From Octopus sinensis (lineage: Eukaryota), in NCBI RefSeq assembly GCF_006345805.1, contig NC_043003.1:70866001-70930000 (forward strand): 64,000 nt of DNA, read 5' to 3'. Shown here piece after piece: positions 1 through 13,619 of the stretch. The notes below the pieces were generated by a model. The model was not told the DNA's origin and made no database searches. It saw nothing but the letters and a program-made list of their open reading frames with translations. Both the position numbers and the translations under genes were made by a program. Position 1 is the stretch's first letter. Every line of letters begins with the position of its first letter.

Positions 1-520
1 ATGCTACATATGTGAAAAATCGATGTGTGTTTGTTTGTGGCGTTGTTAGCTAACTCCTCCAACATCGATTTATTGATTTTGATGAAACTTGACACACTAG
101 TAGAACTCATGTCTTGGAAACCTCGTGACATACTTAGATTGTTGAAAAAATCGATAATACGGCCCCTGGAAGGGACTTTTATATCTACCTTATATAACTA
201 ATTTTTTTAAACACCCAAGGGAAATAACCCATAGCATCTGCACAAATTTTTTACACACTCAAGGGAAATAACATGTCATTGTTTATGTGCGATTACTTTG
301 AATATTGATTTTTTTGTGTGTCCAATTTTTAATTTTTGCGATCAATATATCTTTATTTGACACGTGAGTAGAACCCATGTCTGGAAACCTCGTGACATAC
401 TTAGTTTGTTGAAAAAAATCGATAATAGGGCCCCTCCAGTGGATCCTTCTATCTACTACATATTACTAATATTTATTTAAACAACTCAAAGGAAATAACC
501 CATACCACCAGCAGTTTTTA
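1..520 (+). mobile_element. Non-autonomous Helitron-like element (Lep1/DINE-type), degenerate, with internal duplication
   Basis: Shares gtttgt... and gattttgatgaaacttgacacac motifs with the 11.1 kb copy. About 90-230 is duplicated at about 360-505. Confidence 0.45.
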
Positions 521-1389
521 GCGAAGCAATCAATATTTCATTCTCACGATCAGCCAACCTAATTCTGCATTTCACTACTCACAGTTTTGAACTGCTAAAC
601 ATTATGATTGCACTTCCTTAATTTGAATCATAAATTTTAAATACGCCATTCATACATTTCTATACATACATACTTTTTATATGCCAATTACTCCGATAAT
701 TCTGTATTTTTACAATTACACTGTTTCCATGACAGTAGATAAATCTTTTATTCCACAATGTATTTGTAGTGGCTTTATGCAGGCATAGCGCGCATTCGAT
801 CCCTGATTGCCAACTTTCACTTAACACTTTAACGGTGCTTTTCTCACGGTAAGACAATAGTTTTTCCGTTGAATGACAGCAGTTATACATTTCCCAGATG
901 CCTTCGTTAAGCAGAATAATATCTTTGCCACTTCTAATCTCTTCTATGCCACCACTGGCTAGAATGGAGATAACAGACCTCTAACGAAATCATTTGTTCT
1001 CAACAATATGTCTATCCTTCTGGCTGCTTTTCGATAGTTATAAAAACAAGAACTCCGTAAGCTAAAGGCAGTTACTGAGAGCGTCCATCAGTGAGTATGA
1101 ACGTTATTATTGCTCTTCCTTCAAACACTTCATTCATATATTTATATAACCTCTCTCACCAACCTCCGACAATCTTTCTCGCCAACCTCCGAAAACCTCT
1201 CTCGCCAACCTCCAACAATCTCTACCTCCTCCAGCTGACAGTTTTTTATACTTTTTCGTGGCGGAAAATACACCTTTTGTGGCAGCTATAACAAAATTGC
1301 TTTCTTATATCAGAGTAATAATGTGTTTCAATAGAACACCTTTACCCCTGGTTATTACCGGGTTCACCAGCTAGTATATATATATATAT

Positions 1390-1733
1390 AAAGGGTAAAG
1401 ACCCCCATCGGTCATGAATGACCATGGGATTGCACCTAGAAAGTTACCCTCCTAGACACAAGTCCGGGCAAGGTTGTTTATGGAAGACCAGCAGTCGCCC
1501 ATGCATACCGGCCTCCCCTCTCCACGCCACCAGTGTTATCCAAGGGCAAGACAAAGGTCGATACAGCTTGGAACCAGTGACGTCGCAACTCATTTCTACA
1601 GCTGAGTGAACTGGAGCAACGTGAAATAAAGTGTTTTTGCTCAAGAACACAACACGCAGCCCGGTCCGGGATTCGAGCTCACAACCTCACGATCGTAAGC
1701 TCGACGCTCTAACCACTGAGCCATGCGCCTTCA
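1390..1733 (-). mobile_element. tRNA(Arg-like)-headed SINE, family C (V-domain-like core)
   Basis: Reverse strand reads ggcgcatggctcagtggttagagc...ttacgat...ctcgaatcc (A and B boxes), then gtgttcttgagcaaaaacactttatttcacgttgctccag. Related heads occur at 13980, 41415(-), 48605 and 62770(-). Confidence 0.8.
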
Positions 1734-1774
1734 CTTGATGGAGAAGGGATCGGGCCGTCGCCGAGCGGTGGTTC

Positions 1775-1777
<3 letters not shown>

Positions 1778-1829
<52 letters not shown>

Positions 1830-1847
1830 TATTATATATATATATAT

Positions 1848-1880
<33 letters not shown>

Positions 1881-1921
1881 CATACATACATACATACATA
1901 CGTACACACACAAACATATAC

Positions 1922-2005
<84 letters not shown>

Positions 2006-2010
2006 TATAT

Positions 2011-2062
<52 letters not shown>

Positions 2063-2066
2063 AATG

Positions 2067-2098
<32 letters not shown>
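1778..2098. repeat. Compound microsatellite (TA)n/(TACA)n/(TG)n
   Basis: Directly visible. Representative of dozens of such tracts in the window. Confidence 0.97.
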
Positions 2099-2645
2099 AT
2101 GGAACAAAAAAAGCAATAGAGGACAATAAAATATCCGGACAGATAGACGATACAAAGGCGGACAGAAAAAACAACAATTAGAGGGACAGGAAAAAAAGGA
2201 CGGGTCATTCAGGGCCTTCTTTCGTCAGTCAAGTTACCAGATGTCCTTTCACTTTCTAGCAGTTACCCTTGAGACTGTTCGATCTGGCTGTCCCCCAAAT
2301 AGTCTAGGCTAAGAGCATTAGATTTTTTGTAAGAAAGCTAGTGAATGTGTACGACAACAAAGACAAAAAACGGAGAACATGGTACACAATTACAAATACA
2401 AACAACAAGAATATTACATCAGGTGTTTTTCGACTGGGGACGAATAAAATTGAGCTGGCTGGTATAAAGTGAAAGATTTAAGGCAGGAACATAGGAAATT
2501 GACATAAGAGGTGTTGGCGGTCGGCAGTCAGGCCAAGAAAGAGAGATCATGGCTGGCCGAACAGCGGTCACGTGGATGGAGGAGAGCGGGGTAGGGGGCA
2601 GCGTGATTGATATTTAATTGACTATATATATATATATATATACAC

Positions 2646-2689
<44 letters not shown>

Positions 2690-2760
2690 GTAACATATGG
2701 TACAATTATAAACGGGAAATTTTAACCATTTCTCCACAGACTAAAAAAAATTACGAACAA

Positions 2761-2801
2761 CCTTAATCGATTTTCGAGCTTTATTGTGTTCTCATCAGAG
2801 G
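2761..2801 (-). ncRNA. Minimal type I hammerhead ribozyme-like motif (PLE type), canonical core
   Basis: Minus strand reads CCT-CUGAUGA-GAAC(acaauaaa)GCUC-GAAA-AUCGAU-UA-AGG. Stem I is 3 bp, stem II has one mismatch, stem III is palindromic (AAUCGAUU) and the cleavage triplet is UUA. Confidence 0.6.
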
Positions 2802-3007
2802 GGTGCACTTCATTCTGACAGCCTCTTGAGAAGCAAGTAGCCAAACTGTTTATATACTCAACAAATGCAGCAGTTACTCTATGAAGGCGTCCCTAATTTG
2901 CATATCGAAAGATTTTAACACTGTATGAATATCAGCGGCCTTTCAACGGGGGATCTTAATCCACATAGTATCAAGGTATGATATAATATATACATAACAT
3001 ATTGGTA

Positions 3008-3048
<41 letters not shown>

Positions 3049-3696
3049 GCCAAGTCTAATTGTGTTTATCTGCATTACTACCTCCATATCAGCTCGCCTT
3101 GGATTTCTCTTATGGCCACACTTGACACCATGAACCTAGTCCTAAATGAAGAATTTGAAGTTTAAGTACAATTTCATTTGAACACTATTAGGTGTTTTTC
3201 CATACCGAGCATATTTCACTCACACCTGTTGTCTGTATATAATATATGTGTGCGTGTGTTTGTATGTGTGAGTGTGTCAGTCTGTCTGTCTGTGCAAAGT
3301 AAATATCGCTTACTTTTTATGTATGCCGCATTCATACATTAAACGCAATCTCCCTTAATTATGTAGGTTTGTTTCTTTTTTCAAAATTATTACACAAAAC
3401 GATACATTAAGTGCTGTATAATCTTTTATTTCTATAGTTACGACTGACCTGGTGGAAAGATCCGTGATTTTTAGCCAAAATTTACGGATATTACGTTGAG
3501 TCTAGTCAAGATATTTTGTTTAGAGAAAGCTCGGTACACCTAGAAAACTGTATGTCATACACAATTGTTCTGCTTCATAAATGACAAGCATTTCGTTAGC
3601 TTTTAAGCGTTGAACTGAAATCCTGCCTTGAGAATCAGGACTTATAAGAGTGGGGTCTATGCTGAATATTGGCGAGAGACTCCGAGGGCCAAGGAA

Positions 3697-4113
3697 AGGG
3701 CATAAATGATGCATCCTGTCTTCAAAAAGAAAGATTTTCCCAGCTCCCTTGAATTTTTAGAATAGCTCCATCCGAGGTGGCAGGGGAAGGCTGTCTTATT
3801 CTTGGCGGCCCTGTTGAGTACATGAGGGATCACTACGTAAAATTGTCTGTGATACTGAAAGCTAACGTTGGTTTTGTGAGTTGGGAGGGGAATACGATAT
3901 TTAATCCATTCGTTTTCTCCGCCCATTATTCCACGATGCCGACTTTAGGTTTCAGTATCACAGACAACTTTACGTAGTGATCCCTCATGTACTCAACGGG
4001 GCCGCCAAGAACAAGACAGCCTTCCTCTGCCGCTTCGGCTGGAACTATTCTCAAAATTCAACGGAGCTGGGAAAAGTTTTCTTTTTGAAGAGAGGATGCA
4101 TCATTTATGCCCT
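3697..4113. repeat. Fold-back inverted repeat, about 175-bp arms (3697-3871 / 3939-4113), 67-nt spacer
   Basis: Manual alignment of the left arm with the reverse complement of the right arm gives roughly 88% identity. Confidence 0.9.
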
Positions 4114-4901
4114 TTCAGAGGATCGAATACTGGAGCGGCGTATTACTGTAATAGCACCCCCGATTTTAGCATCGAATTCAGGTCCCTGCTTCACACCACT
4201 TGTGACTACGGCTCCACCTGGTGGGAGGGTTAGCACCCTGAAGCTTAATACGATATTGTTTCCTGAATATATAATGTGGCTTTTTGCGTTGAAGAAGATA
4301 ACATTAAATGCACGTTTGCTATTCTCTGACACGCACTATTGATTATAGTATATTAGTGCGGATCTATAATATAGATCTATAAAATAAAAATCACATGTCA
4401 GGTATCAATGGATATTTCCTTTTTCAAATATTGATTATGTTATGGTTATATCTGCTTGACAACTAAATTCTATATATTGCACGCATATTTTAGTTTCTCC
4501 GTCAAAAGAATTCTTGCAAATATGTCAAGTAGTTTCTGTTAGCAAGAATTGTTGAAATATGCTAACCATTCCAAAATGTCATTTATAGCAATTTCTAAGC
4601 CTTGATCAATTCGTAACCGTAAAAGGAATGTAAAAGAAAGTAGAAATCAATATAAGAATACATACATAGATAAATACCCATGCAGACGACTCAGTAAGGA
4701 GGTGAATGTAATACATGGTCACTTGACCCGCTAGAAATAGCAGCTAAATCTCCTTAAGATCACACCTACTTTCTTATATTTTTCGTCGTGGTATGGGATA
4801 AACAGTTTTAAAACATCTTGATTTAATTAAAAATCGTAGCAGCCCCAAGCCAATCAAATTTTTGTGAGTGATTTCGGCAGACAGAAACTGAAAGAAACCA
4901 G

Positions 4902-4953
<52 letters not shown>

Positions 4954-5249
4954 TTCCCTTACTAGGCGTATCCTTCATTTATCAAGGCCAGTTGCTCACT
5001 TTTGGTACAGACGGTGTCTATACTTATTCTGATTTTACTTTCGGAATTTATCAGACAGGGACCCAGTTCCTAACCCGGAAACGAAGTTCTTTCATTGAAA
5101 TTTAGACAGCATCAATGAAGTATTCGAATATGTATTTGCATATATATGAGGTCGAACATATGAACCTAATCCACATGCATTTATTTCCTGGCTCGCTTTC
5201 TCTCTTTTATCTTTTCCACTTTTCTTTGTCTCTCCCTGGCTTTCCTCTG

Positions 5250-5284
5250 GTATCTAACGAAGGCCTTTCTCCGAAACGTTAGAC
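5250..5284 (+). ncRNA. Degenerate type I hammerhead-like motif (PLE remnant)
   Basis: GTAT-CTAACGA-A-GG(cctttct)CC-GAAAC-GTT-AGAC. G5 is mutated to A and stem I has one mismatch. Confidence 0.35.
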
Positions 5285-5499
5285 TCTTACTTTGTAATTT
5301 CTACTCTATAAGTTCTTGCCTTCCTTTTGCTTTTTGTATTTGATTTACTTTATGAAGATATGTATGTATGCATACACTTACATACGTCGATATGTCTATA
5401 TACGCACTTAATACAGGTCAAATTTCTAGAATGTTCTACATATTTTCACTATATCCTTAATGGCTTGTAGCTGCAAAGTATGTATGTATTGTATTTTCT

Positions 5500-5650
5500 A
5501 TTTTCTCTCTCTGTTCATTTCTGTGTTCCTTTCTGTTGAAGAACGTAGGCTCGAAACGTAAAAGACTTTCTCACTTCCCGAGCGTTAAACTAATACACCT
5601 GTTTGTTGTTTACACACCCGTCTTCGTCTTTTGCTTTTTGTAAATTCTCA

Positions 5651-5655
<5 letters not shown>
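5500..5655 (+). mobile_element. PLE-like terminal-repeat remnant, family F, with hammerhead-like motif (5529-5564), ending in (TA)n
   Basis: CTTT-CTGTTGA-A-GAAC(gtag)GCTC-GAAAC-GTA-AAAG, then about 90 nt of T-rich sequence, then (TA)n. Homologous copies at 22120-22265 and 60860-60995. Confidence 0.65.
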
Positions 5656-5705
<50 letters not shown>

Positions 5706-6141
5706 TGCTTGTATATGTATGTTATGTATATTACGTTTGTATGTAATGTATCGATTCCCTAACCCTAACTGAACCCTCACCCTAAACCGATGAATTTTCC
5801 TTCTTTTCTTTTTTGCTTTAACTATTATGTACAAATGATATACAAATGAAGTAATAAAATCACCTAGGTTGAAGTGTATATATTCTTGAAAATATATATC
5901 CCTGAAAATGTAAGTTCATCTAGCAAATGGATTTTGTACATTAACCCGATGAGTCAATAATTTTGCATTATTGACGTAATAATACATATGCGGTATATTA
6001 TTACACATATTAAATAATAATATCAAAACAATACTCTTCTGCTAAAATATCAATGGAACAAGTGTGAAATTATGTAACAAAACGAATTGCATACTGCATC
6101 CTTCTTATTATTTATGTATGTATGTAAAAAAAAAAAGGTGG

Positions 6142-6315
6142 GGCAGTGAGCTCGCAGAATCGTTAGGACACCGGGCAAAATTCTTTGTAGTATTTCGTCC
6201 GTCTTCACGTTCTGAATTCAAATTCAGCTGAGGTCTACCAGTTACGCACTGGGGTCGACTTAATCCCTTTCCTTCCTTCAAATTTGAGGCCTTACGCTTC
6301 TAGTAGAAAGGATTA
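6142..6315 (+). mobile_element. SINE family A, diverged copy
   Basis: tRNA-like head (gagctcgcagaatcgttag...gaattcaaattc) plus accagttacgcactggggtcga core. Confidence 0.7.
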
Positions 6316-6792
6316 TCTGTGTATGTTATGCATATATGTTATGTATGTATAACGTTTTTGTATGTTTTATGTACGTATGAGTTTATGTTTTCCTGGTTTA
6401 TTTTTCGAATTGTTTACCAATGGAAAAAGATCCTGTTTCTATCCCGAATACAACATACTACACTGAAATCGGGAATATTTCTTATCTTTCAGATATTCCG
6501 ATGGTTTCTTGATTAATTGATTGATTGGATGGCCGCCAAAGTTTTGTTATTTTCTTAAAAGCACTCAGCTTTTCAGTGTTATAACTACTTATTAATATAT
6601 CTACTGCACTGATACAGACTGACATGAACGAGATCCCAAATCCTCATTAAAAAAAACAAAAACAGTTATAACTACTTTATTGGTTTGCTTTAAACATATT
6701 TCTGATAGAAAGATTTGTATCAGATGTTTACCTCTGTAGGACAGCAGTCATCGAGCTCATTATATCAATAATGTTTCCTGTATCTCAAGACA

Positions 6793-7181
6793 TTGTGGAG
6801 GCGCAATGGCCCAGTGGTTAGGGCAGCAGACTCGCGGTCATAGGATCGCGGCTTCGATTCCCAGACCGGGCGTTGTGAGTGTTTATTGAGCGAAAACACC
6901 TAAAAGCTCCACGAGTTTCCGGCAGGGGATGGTGGTGATCCCTGCTGTACTCTTTCACCACAACTTTCTCTCACTCTTACTTCCTGTTTCTGTTGTACCT
7001 GTATTTCAAGGGGCCGGCCTTGTCACTCTCTGTGTCACGCTGAATATCCCCGAGAACTACGTTAAGGGTGCACGTGCCTGTGGAGTGCTCAGCCACTTAC
7101 ACGTTAATTTCACGAGCAGGCTGTTCCGTTGATTCGGATCAACCGGAACCCTCATCGTCGTAACCGACGGAGTGCTTCCAC
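6793..7181 (+). mobile_element. Full-length tRNA-headed SINE, family B, with 11-bp target-site duplication
   Basis: A box tggcccagtggttag and B box gcttcgattccc. TSD atctcaagaca at 6782-6792 and 7182-7192. Confidence 0.9.
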
Positions 7182-7628
7182 ATCTCAAGACAGCATCAGC
7201 CTCGTTGTGGTTCAGACCAAGCAGTTTACTCGTTTTTACAATAAGTACATCAAATGTATTTAGCTTTAAAGGGGCACATTACACTCCTTGTACAGAAGTT
7301 TGGGGTACTTTCATCGATGCATTCCTTCCCATGCATCTAGAACACATTTGAAAGCATGTCGCATAAGAATGCAATAGATTATGCGAACTTCTGTTGTAAC
7401 ATTCTCAACGTTGTCTTCTCTACCCGAGAAGCTTGGGAATGCCACCCATACTACTATGTATCGCATATTTAGTAATGGTTTCTCATTTATGAGTGACAAG
7501 GGAACGTCCTTCAGTGTGCAGTGCCATCTGGCTTTCACATTCACGAGGGATCTCCTACGCGGCCGCTCGACCTACAAAAGATAGTAGTTAAATCTACGTC
7601 AAATGACACTCTGTCTTCTTAAATAATA

Positions 7629-7712
<84 letters not shown>

Positions 7713-8308
7713 CATGTAGAGAGGCGTCAGATCACTTTCGAGTGCTACAGGTAACATGTAACCCACCACAACCCGTTTCATGATCGGACTGTTTATGATA
7801 AAGCCAGCAACACGATCACGAGTATGGTGGTCTTTGGACACCCTGAGGGATGAAAAACAAGACCTGAGAAATGAAAGAGCGGTTGGGATTAGGAGAGTCC
7901 TATTGACCCAGAGTCTCCTTCTTTAGATCGTTGCTCATTTTTGCTTGTCTCTGTTGGCGTGGAAGTGTCTAACAATGTACATTGGTAAGTTGTACGAATC
8001 TATGTAAGAATGCGTTCTATGCCCACCGCGTTTTATAAGACGGTATGTATTGAATGTCGGAAATGGAAGTATTTATGTCAACGTATATAACCTGATTTGA
8101 TGTCAGCCAAGACACACACATATATATTTAAAGAAAAATAGAGAGAGGCAGACAGAAAGAGTGGGAGAGAGGGTTATACTCAGAAATCTGAATAGCATTT
8201 CAATCTTTAAGTTTGACTACAAATAGTAACTTATACTAATCCTATTATATATTATGTGTATGCATACATTATTACACACATACATATATATATATGTATA
8301 TGTATGCA

Positions 8309-8346
<38 letters not shown>

Positions 8347-8496
8347 ACACACACATAAATGAAGAAGAGAAAAGAGTGGATGCATATACATAGAAAGATT
8401 TTCACTCTTTTCTGTCTTATTCATTCTCTCTTACTTTCTCTCTCTCTCCCTTACTCGCACACACTCCCGCTCCCAGTTTTTCTCTCTATGTATTTG

Positions 8497-8561
<65 letters not shown>

Positions 8562-9514
8562 TCATTCATACATACATACATACATACATACATACATACA
8601 TACTACATACATACATACATACATAATGTCACCATTTTAATTTGTAATCAATTTCAATTTCCGTCTTTTCTTGCTTTCCCTGACAAGTAATACCATTAAC
8701 GCTAATGACTTTTCTTTTAATTACGAATGTAATTTGGATTAATTTAACTTTTCCGTTAACTTCTTTAAATATGTAAAGCCATCCGTATCTGTGCATTCTT
8801 CATGATAAAGCATATCTTCTCAAAATTTTGTTTTTGTCAAAGTCATTCTAAGTTCAGCTAAATTCGTGTTAGATTATAATTCACTGAGAAGGGTTAATAA
8901 AACCGAAACATGCCCAACGGTGTCAATACATGTCCCAATTTAATTTTTAACCAATTTCAATATTGGAAATCTCTCCCTTAACTTCATGAACGCAAATTAT
9001 TTCATTACGTGTGTGATTTCTATTGATGGACAAAATCTTTTTTTTTCATTTACTATGTTAAGTATACTAGCCAGCGCTTAACTATACAATTTTCACGCAG
9101 GGGGAATCCCTTGGAAATTTTCCTGACGCATATGGATATTAAACATAAATAAACGAAGGTTTATCTGCAAGGGACTATTTAATCCGTTAGGGAACGCTTA
9201 TCTACGATGGAGCATATCTTTGTAAGCTTGTAAAGCGAGGTAACATTCTAAAATGTGTTAACCAAGCAGTTTGATGAATAGAAATCAATAAAATTGGAAC
9301 TAGATTATGTCCAAGGTTTGATATAAATAATCGACGAAAATACAGGCGATGTTAAAGCTTTCGCATTGTCAGAGTAACTGAAACCAGCAAAAGAATAATG
9401 GAATATGTCGTTATTTGTACGATGAACGACGAGTATCGAAACGACGACTTCCATATTTATTCTTAATACGTTCCGGTTAATACGAACACAAATATGCTAT
9501 TCGCTGTTGAGAAA

Positions 9515-9745
9515 GGCGGCGAGCTGGCAGAAACGTTAGCACGCCGGGCGAAATGCGTAGCCGTATTTCATCTGCCGTTACGTTCTGAGTTCAAATTCCG
9601 CCGAGGTCGACTTTGCCTTTCATCCTTTCGGGGTCGATAAATTAAGTACCAGTTACGCACTGGGGTCGATGTAATCGACTTAATCCGTTTGTCTGTCCTT
9701 CTTTGTCCCCTCTGTGTTTAGCCCCTTGTGGGTAGTAAAGAAATA
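9515..9745 (+). mobile_element. Full-length tRNA-headed SINE, family A
   Basis: ggcggcgagctggcagaaacgttag (A box)...gagttcaaattcc (B box), core cctttcatcctttcggggtcgataaattaagtaccag, tail gtagtaaagaaata. More than 10 copies in the window. Confidence 0.9.
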
Positions 9746-10859
9746 TGTTGTGTTTCATCACAAGAGAACAACTGCCTTACGACGACCCTGTATTGCTAGC
9801 ATACTTGATTCATTGGAACAAAACAGTCGGCGTACAGGAAAAGCTGTTCTCCTGTAACGAATACAGCAGTGATTAGCATATTCGCATCTAGCGAAACGTA
9901 TAAAGAATAAACAGAAGACTAATTTGATTTCACTCATCCAACTTTCTAGAATTTATGTATTTTAAATCAAAAATAATCTGTCAAAACTATAATAATTAAC
10001 GAGCGTGTCAGCCATAAGTTTGTAATCTCCTTTTCATAAATTAATGGGTTATCAAATAAATTCAATGCATGGAAATTAATCTAATATTACAGTAATTATA
10101 TTCCGCTATTCTTCTATTCCTTTATCTTATTGTGTCCGGTGGACATAGAATAAAAGTGACATAGATATCACACACACGAGTGGCGAAATAAATTGGTTTT
10201 CTGCTCCACTTTTATCGAAAACGCAATTAACATACTCTTGGAATTACCGAATCTAGATTAACAATCCAGAATTTTTCGCACCACTAATTATATTGCGCCG
10301 TGCAGTTAAAATCCACTTAAAATCCATTTTAAGTTGTTATCCAGGTTTCTTCTCTCAGCCATTTAAATGGAAATCCACGATGCTACAGATAAGATAGATT
10401 GAAATTACACGATATGATGACGCTGATTCAATGGCAGAGAACATTATTAGCATATCTTTTCTCTTACATTTGTGTCAGTCATTGAACTGCGGCCATGTTG
10501 GGGCACCTCCTTAAAAGGAGATCGACCTCAGCACTTATTTTAAAGCTTTGTTGTATCGTTCTCTTTCTCACTCAGCACAAAACAATATCTGTGTATCACG
10601 GTTTCTGAGTTATTTCTATTCATCAGTACAAACTAACTGTTCTGCTAGAGATGGCGCTGCTAAATTCATGTTCGAAATATATAGTTTTCAAAGTGACGCA
10701 CAGCCACTGATTTTATAAAATAGAAAATTACGATTTGTAAATCTCTCAGCATGAGACATTTAGTAACAGTACTCTATAGAAAGATAGTTTGCCAACACAC
10801 ACACACACCTTTGACCTTCCATAAATCCAAAATTTTATTTTGGAATTTATGCGAGCAAC

Positions 10860-11049
10860 TGTCTTTGAAGACTCATATTGTCGTTGAATGCTCGAAATGA
10901 GGAGTAGATAGACAGCCGACAACTGATGAAGGGTCGTTCTCTGTGTTTATTTGTCCTGTTTTCCATTTTTCTCGTTGTTTGTGTATTTAACTCATTTGTT
11001 TTCATACTTCATGTTGTTTACTCAGTTGGTGACGTCCTGTACCCATATA

Positions 11050-11055
<6 letters not shown>
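10860..11055 (+). mobile_element. Interspersed repeat ending gtcctgtacccatatatgcat-(TA)n (probable PLE remnant)
   Basis: The same terminus and a ctga(t/a)gaaggg motif recur at about 56040-56255. Confidence 0.45.
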
Positions 11056-11101
<46 letters not shown>

Positions 11102-11106
<5 letters not shown>

Positions 11107-11473
11107 CGGCAGTTTGTCTGTGCGTTTTCTGTGTGTCTGTTTTCTCGTACCCTCACTCTGACCACGGCTTTCAACCGATTCTGATGAAACTTGACACACA
11201 CATAGCCCAATGTCATAATTCAAACCTAACGCAGCGAAAATTTTGAAAAGTTCCCCCAGTTCTGAAAAAAATCGATGAATTCGACATGGGGTCGAGAATC
11301 AGAAAACGAAACCACAGACCGTCTAGGGGACGCAACTCTACCTTTTTTAACTCTCAAAAAAAATTTACCATCATTTTTTTTCCATTTTTTTGCTATTTTT
11401 TGGCTATAACTCTCTAAAAATGCTTTATAGTTATTTCCCTTACAAACCTGAGCAACGCCGGGCGATACTGCTA

Positions 11474-11474
<1 letters not shown>
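11102..11474 (+). mobile_element. Non-autonomous Helitron-like element (Lep1/DINE-type)
   Basis: 5' gtttgtctgt...ctgtgtgtctgt and aaccgattctgatgaaacttgacac. 3' GC-rich hairpin (cctgagcaacgccggg) about 8 nt before a terminal CTAG (11471-11474). Embedded in (TA)n on both sides, no TSD. Confidence 0.7.
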
Positions 11475-11540
<66 letters not shown>

Positions 11541-12639
11541 ATTATTATTTAATTGAACGCTACGCATCCATTTCCAAGTAAGTTTATGTATATATATATA
11601 TATACACTTACACAACGGGCGTCGCACGGTTTTCACCTACCAGATTCACTCACAAAGCATTGGTCGGCCCGTGGCCATAATGGTAGGAGGAATTTTCCTA
11701 AGATGCCGAGCAATGGAATTGAAGCCGAAATCACGTGAGTACAAAGTGAGCTTCTTAACTGCACAGACATCTCAGTGCCCACGCACTGGGGTCGATGTAA
11801 TCGACTTAATCCGTTTGTCTGTCCTTGTTTGTCCCCTCTGCGTTTAGCCCCTTGTGAGTAGTAAGGAAATATATATTACTGAATTATTTTTAACGAAGTC
11901 TTTCTTTAATCCCCTGTCGGAACATGTTACGTCAACACCTACTTGTTTATTAAGAATTGGACATCAACATTATCAAATAAATATCAAATTAATAACAGGG
12001 GAAAAAATGAACGATAAAAACAAATTATGAAATATCGCTAATCATGAAATGTCATATAATATGTAATTATTTGTTGCTAAGTTGTTTCTTATTAACTCTG
12101 ACAAGGAGGTGGATTGGTAGAAAAGATAAATCTCAAGATTACATGTGGTTTTGTGTTTTATTTCGCTGATTCTATGCTGTGCATTCACATTCTGCTGAAG
12201 TTGACTTTTAATTGTAGGCAAGGAATAGAGAACTAAACCGGTATTAGGTAAGTACAAGGTAAGACCCTATCGGTTATTCTCTACTCCTACCACTGAGCAA
12301 ATGTAAGAGATGCACTTCGTTCGAGGCAAAGAATTGGCGCAAAGCTGTCAAATACATTCATACAGACTTACAAAAGTCAGGCAATGTTGTAGAGGTTAGC
12401 TGCCCAAATGGTGTACCCTCGACTATCGCGGGTGTTACGATATCGACTATCGACTATCGCGGGTGTTACGATAAGTGAAAATCCGCGAAGTAGAAACAGT
12501 ACTATACTGTATATTCTTTTTATTTTCTTTATAATATGTATATATTAATTTTATTATAAATGCCAAACAACACCACGGAGGAATCGACGTAAGCTTAAAT
12601 AATGAACCGTGATATGGTGAGGAATTACTGTAAATGTAT

Positions 12640-12890
12640 CATCAAAAGTCCAAGAAAAAGAGAAGATTTATGGTGATTTAATGCGGAACAGCTTTTGTAA
12701 CTTGACAATAAATTTTCATTTGTACCAATCATTATAGGTCCATTGGACTTTGTACTGACAGGTTTGCACAAAAACCGAAAAATACTGGGTTTCTCAAGCA
12801 AGGAGCAAAAGAAACTGACGTGCATTCTGCAAATCCCGTTTATTAGCGGCACAGGGAAAATCTATACGGCATGTCAAAGATGCTCCATTT
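12640..12890 (+). mobile_element. Degenerate 3' fragment of an RLE-type non-LTR retrotransposon (R4/Dong-like)
   Basis: Translates with frameshifts to EKEKIYGDLMRN...FSFVPIIIGPLDFVLTGLHKN..ILGFS, homologous to the 38216 ORF. Confidence 0.6.
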
Positions 12891-13080
12891 AAGATTCTTT
12901 GGATGGCCAGATGCACACACCAACCCCATATTTACAAACAAAGGGAACTCTTTTAACTCAAATAGTCTTGCCACTTCGTTGCGATCGACTTGAACTCTCT
13001 CAAGAAGAACTTAAGTAACACATACATACATACATACATACATACATACATACATACATACGTACATACATACATACATA

Positions 13081-13582
13081 CTGTAAATCCTCGAGTATAG
13101 TCCGCCCTTGAGTATAATACGCAGGGGATTTTTAGGGGACTGTACCTCTGAAAAACCTAAACCTTGTGTATAATACGCACCCCTTCTCTAACTTGAGTCA
13201 AGAAGGTCTATATAACGTCCTTGGTTTGTAAAAATGTATACGGTAACGTCCTTTATTATTGTATATATAATATAATGCAAACGTATAGCTTCTTTGTGCA
13301 TTTTGTTTGCAGAAAATAAAGAAATAACAGTAATAACGTTTAATAAATGTTGCTTACTGCAAGTTATGGATGATTCTGTTATGACTTCATTGTTTTCAGG
13401 CTTAAGGATTTTCGCGTCCGACATCACGAAATGCGTCTGAATAAACATTGCCGGACAGCAAATAGAGGCTCGGACATTGCTTAGAAAATAATTTCCATTT
13501 TTAACCTCGTATAGAGTACGCTCTAAGGATTTTGACCTTTAAATTTTGGGAAAAAATGCAGATTATACTCGAGGATTTACGG
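13081..13582. mobile_element. MITE of the Tc1/mariner-pogo superfamily, 502 bp
   Basis: TIRs ctgtaaatcctcgagtata (13081) and tatactcgaggatttacgg (ending 13582), flanked by TA on both sides, inserted in (TACA)n. Confidence 0.85.
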
Positions 13583-13619
13583 TACATACATACATACATA
13601 CATACATACATACGTACAT

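Noticed and set aside
1660-1733. tRNA-Arg(ACG)-like gene and similar heads at 6795, 9515 and 40222
   Set aside because: Each continues into a repeated SINE body and lacks a complete acceptor stem, so these are SINE heads, not tRNA genes.
7381-7584. ORF with FMSDKGTSF resembling an integrase SDNG motif
   Set aside because: One short motif with no other integrase or LTR features.
8884-8915. ctgagaaggg...ccgaaacatgcc, and a similar motif near 9418-9450, as hammerheads
   Set aside because: Each needs a core deletion plus further mutations and lacks stem I. Too degenerate to count.
10923-10932. CTGATGAAGG here and CTGAAGAAGG at 56104 as hammerhead cores
   Set aside because: No GAAA follows a stem II, and permuted topologies did not give a stem I.
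12418-12480. Duplicated cgactatcgcgggtgttacgat as a regulatory repeat
   Set aside because: It looks like a locally duplicated, orphan DNA-transposon end with no partner TIR.
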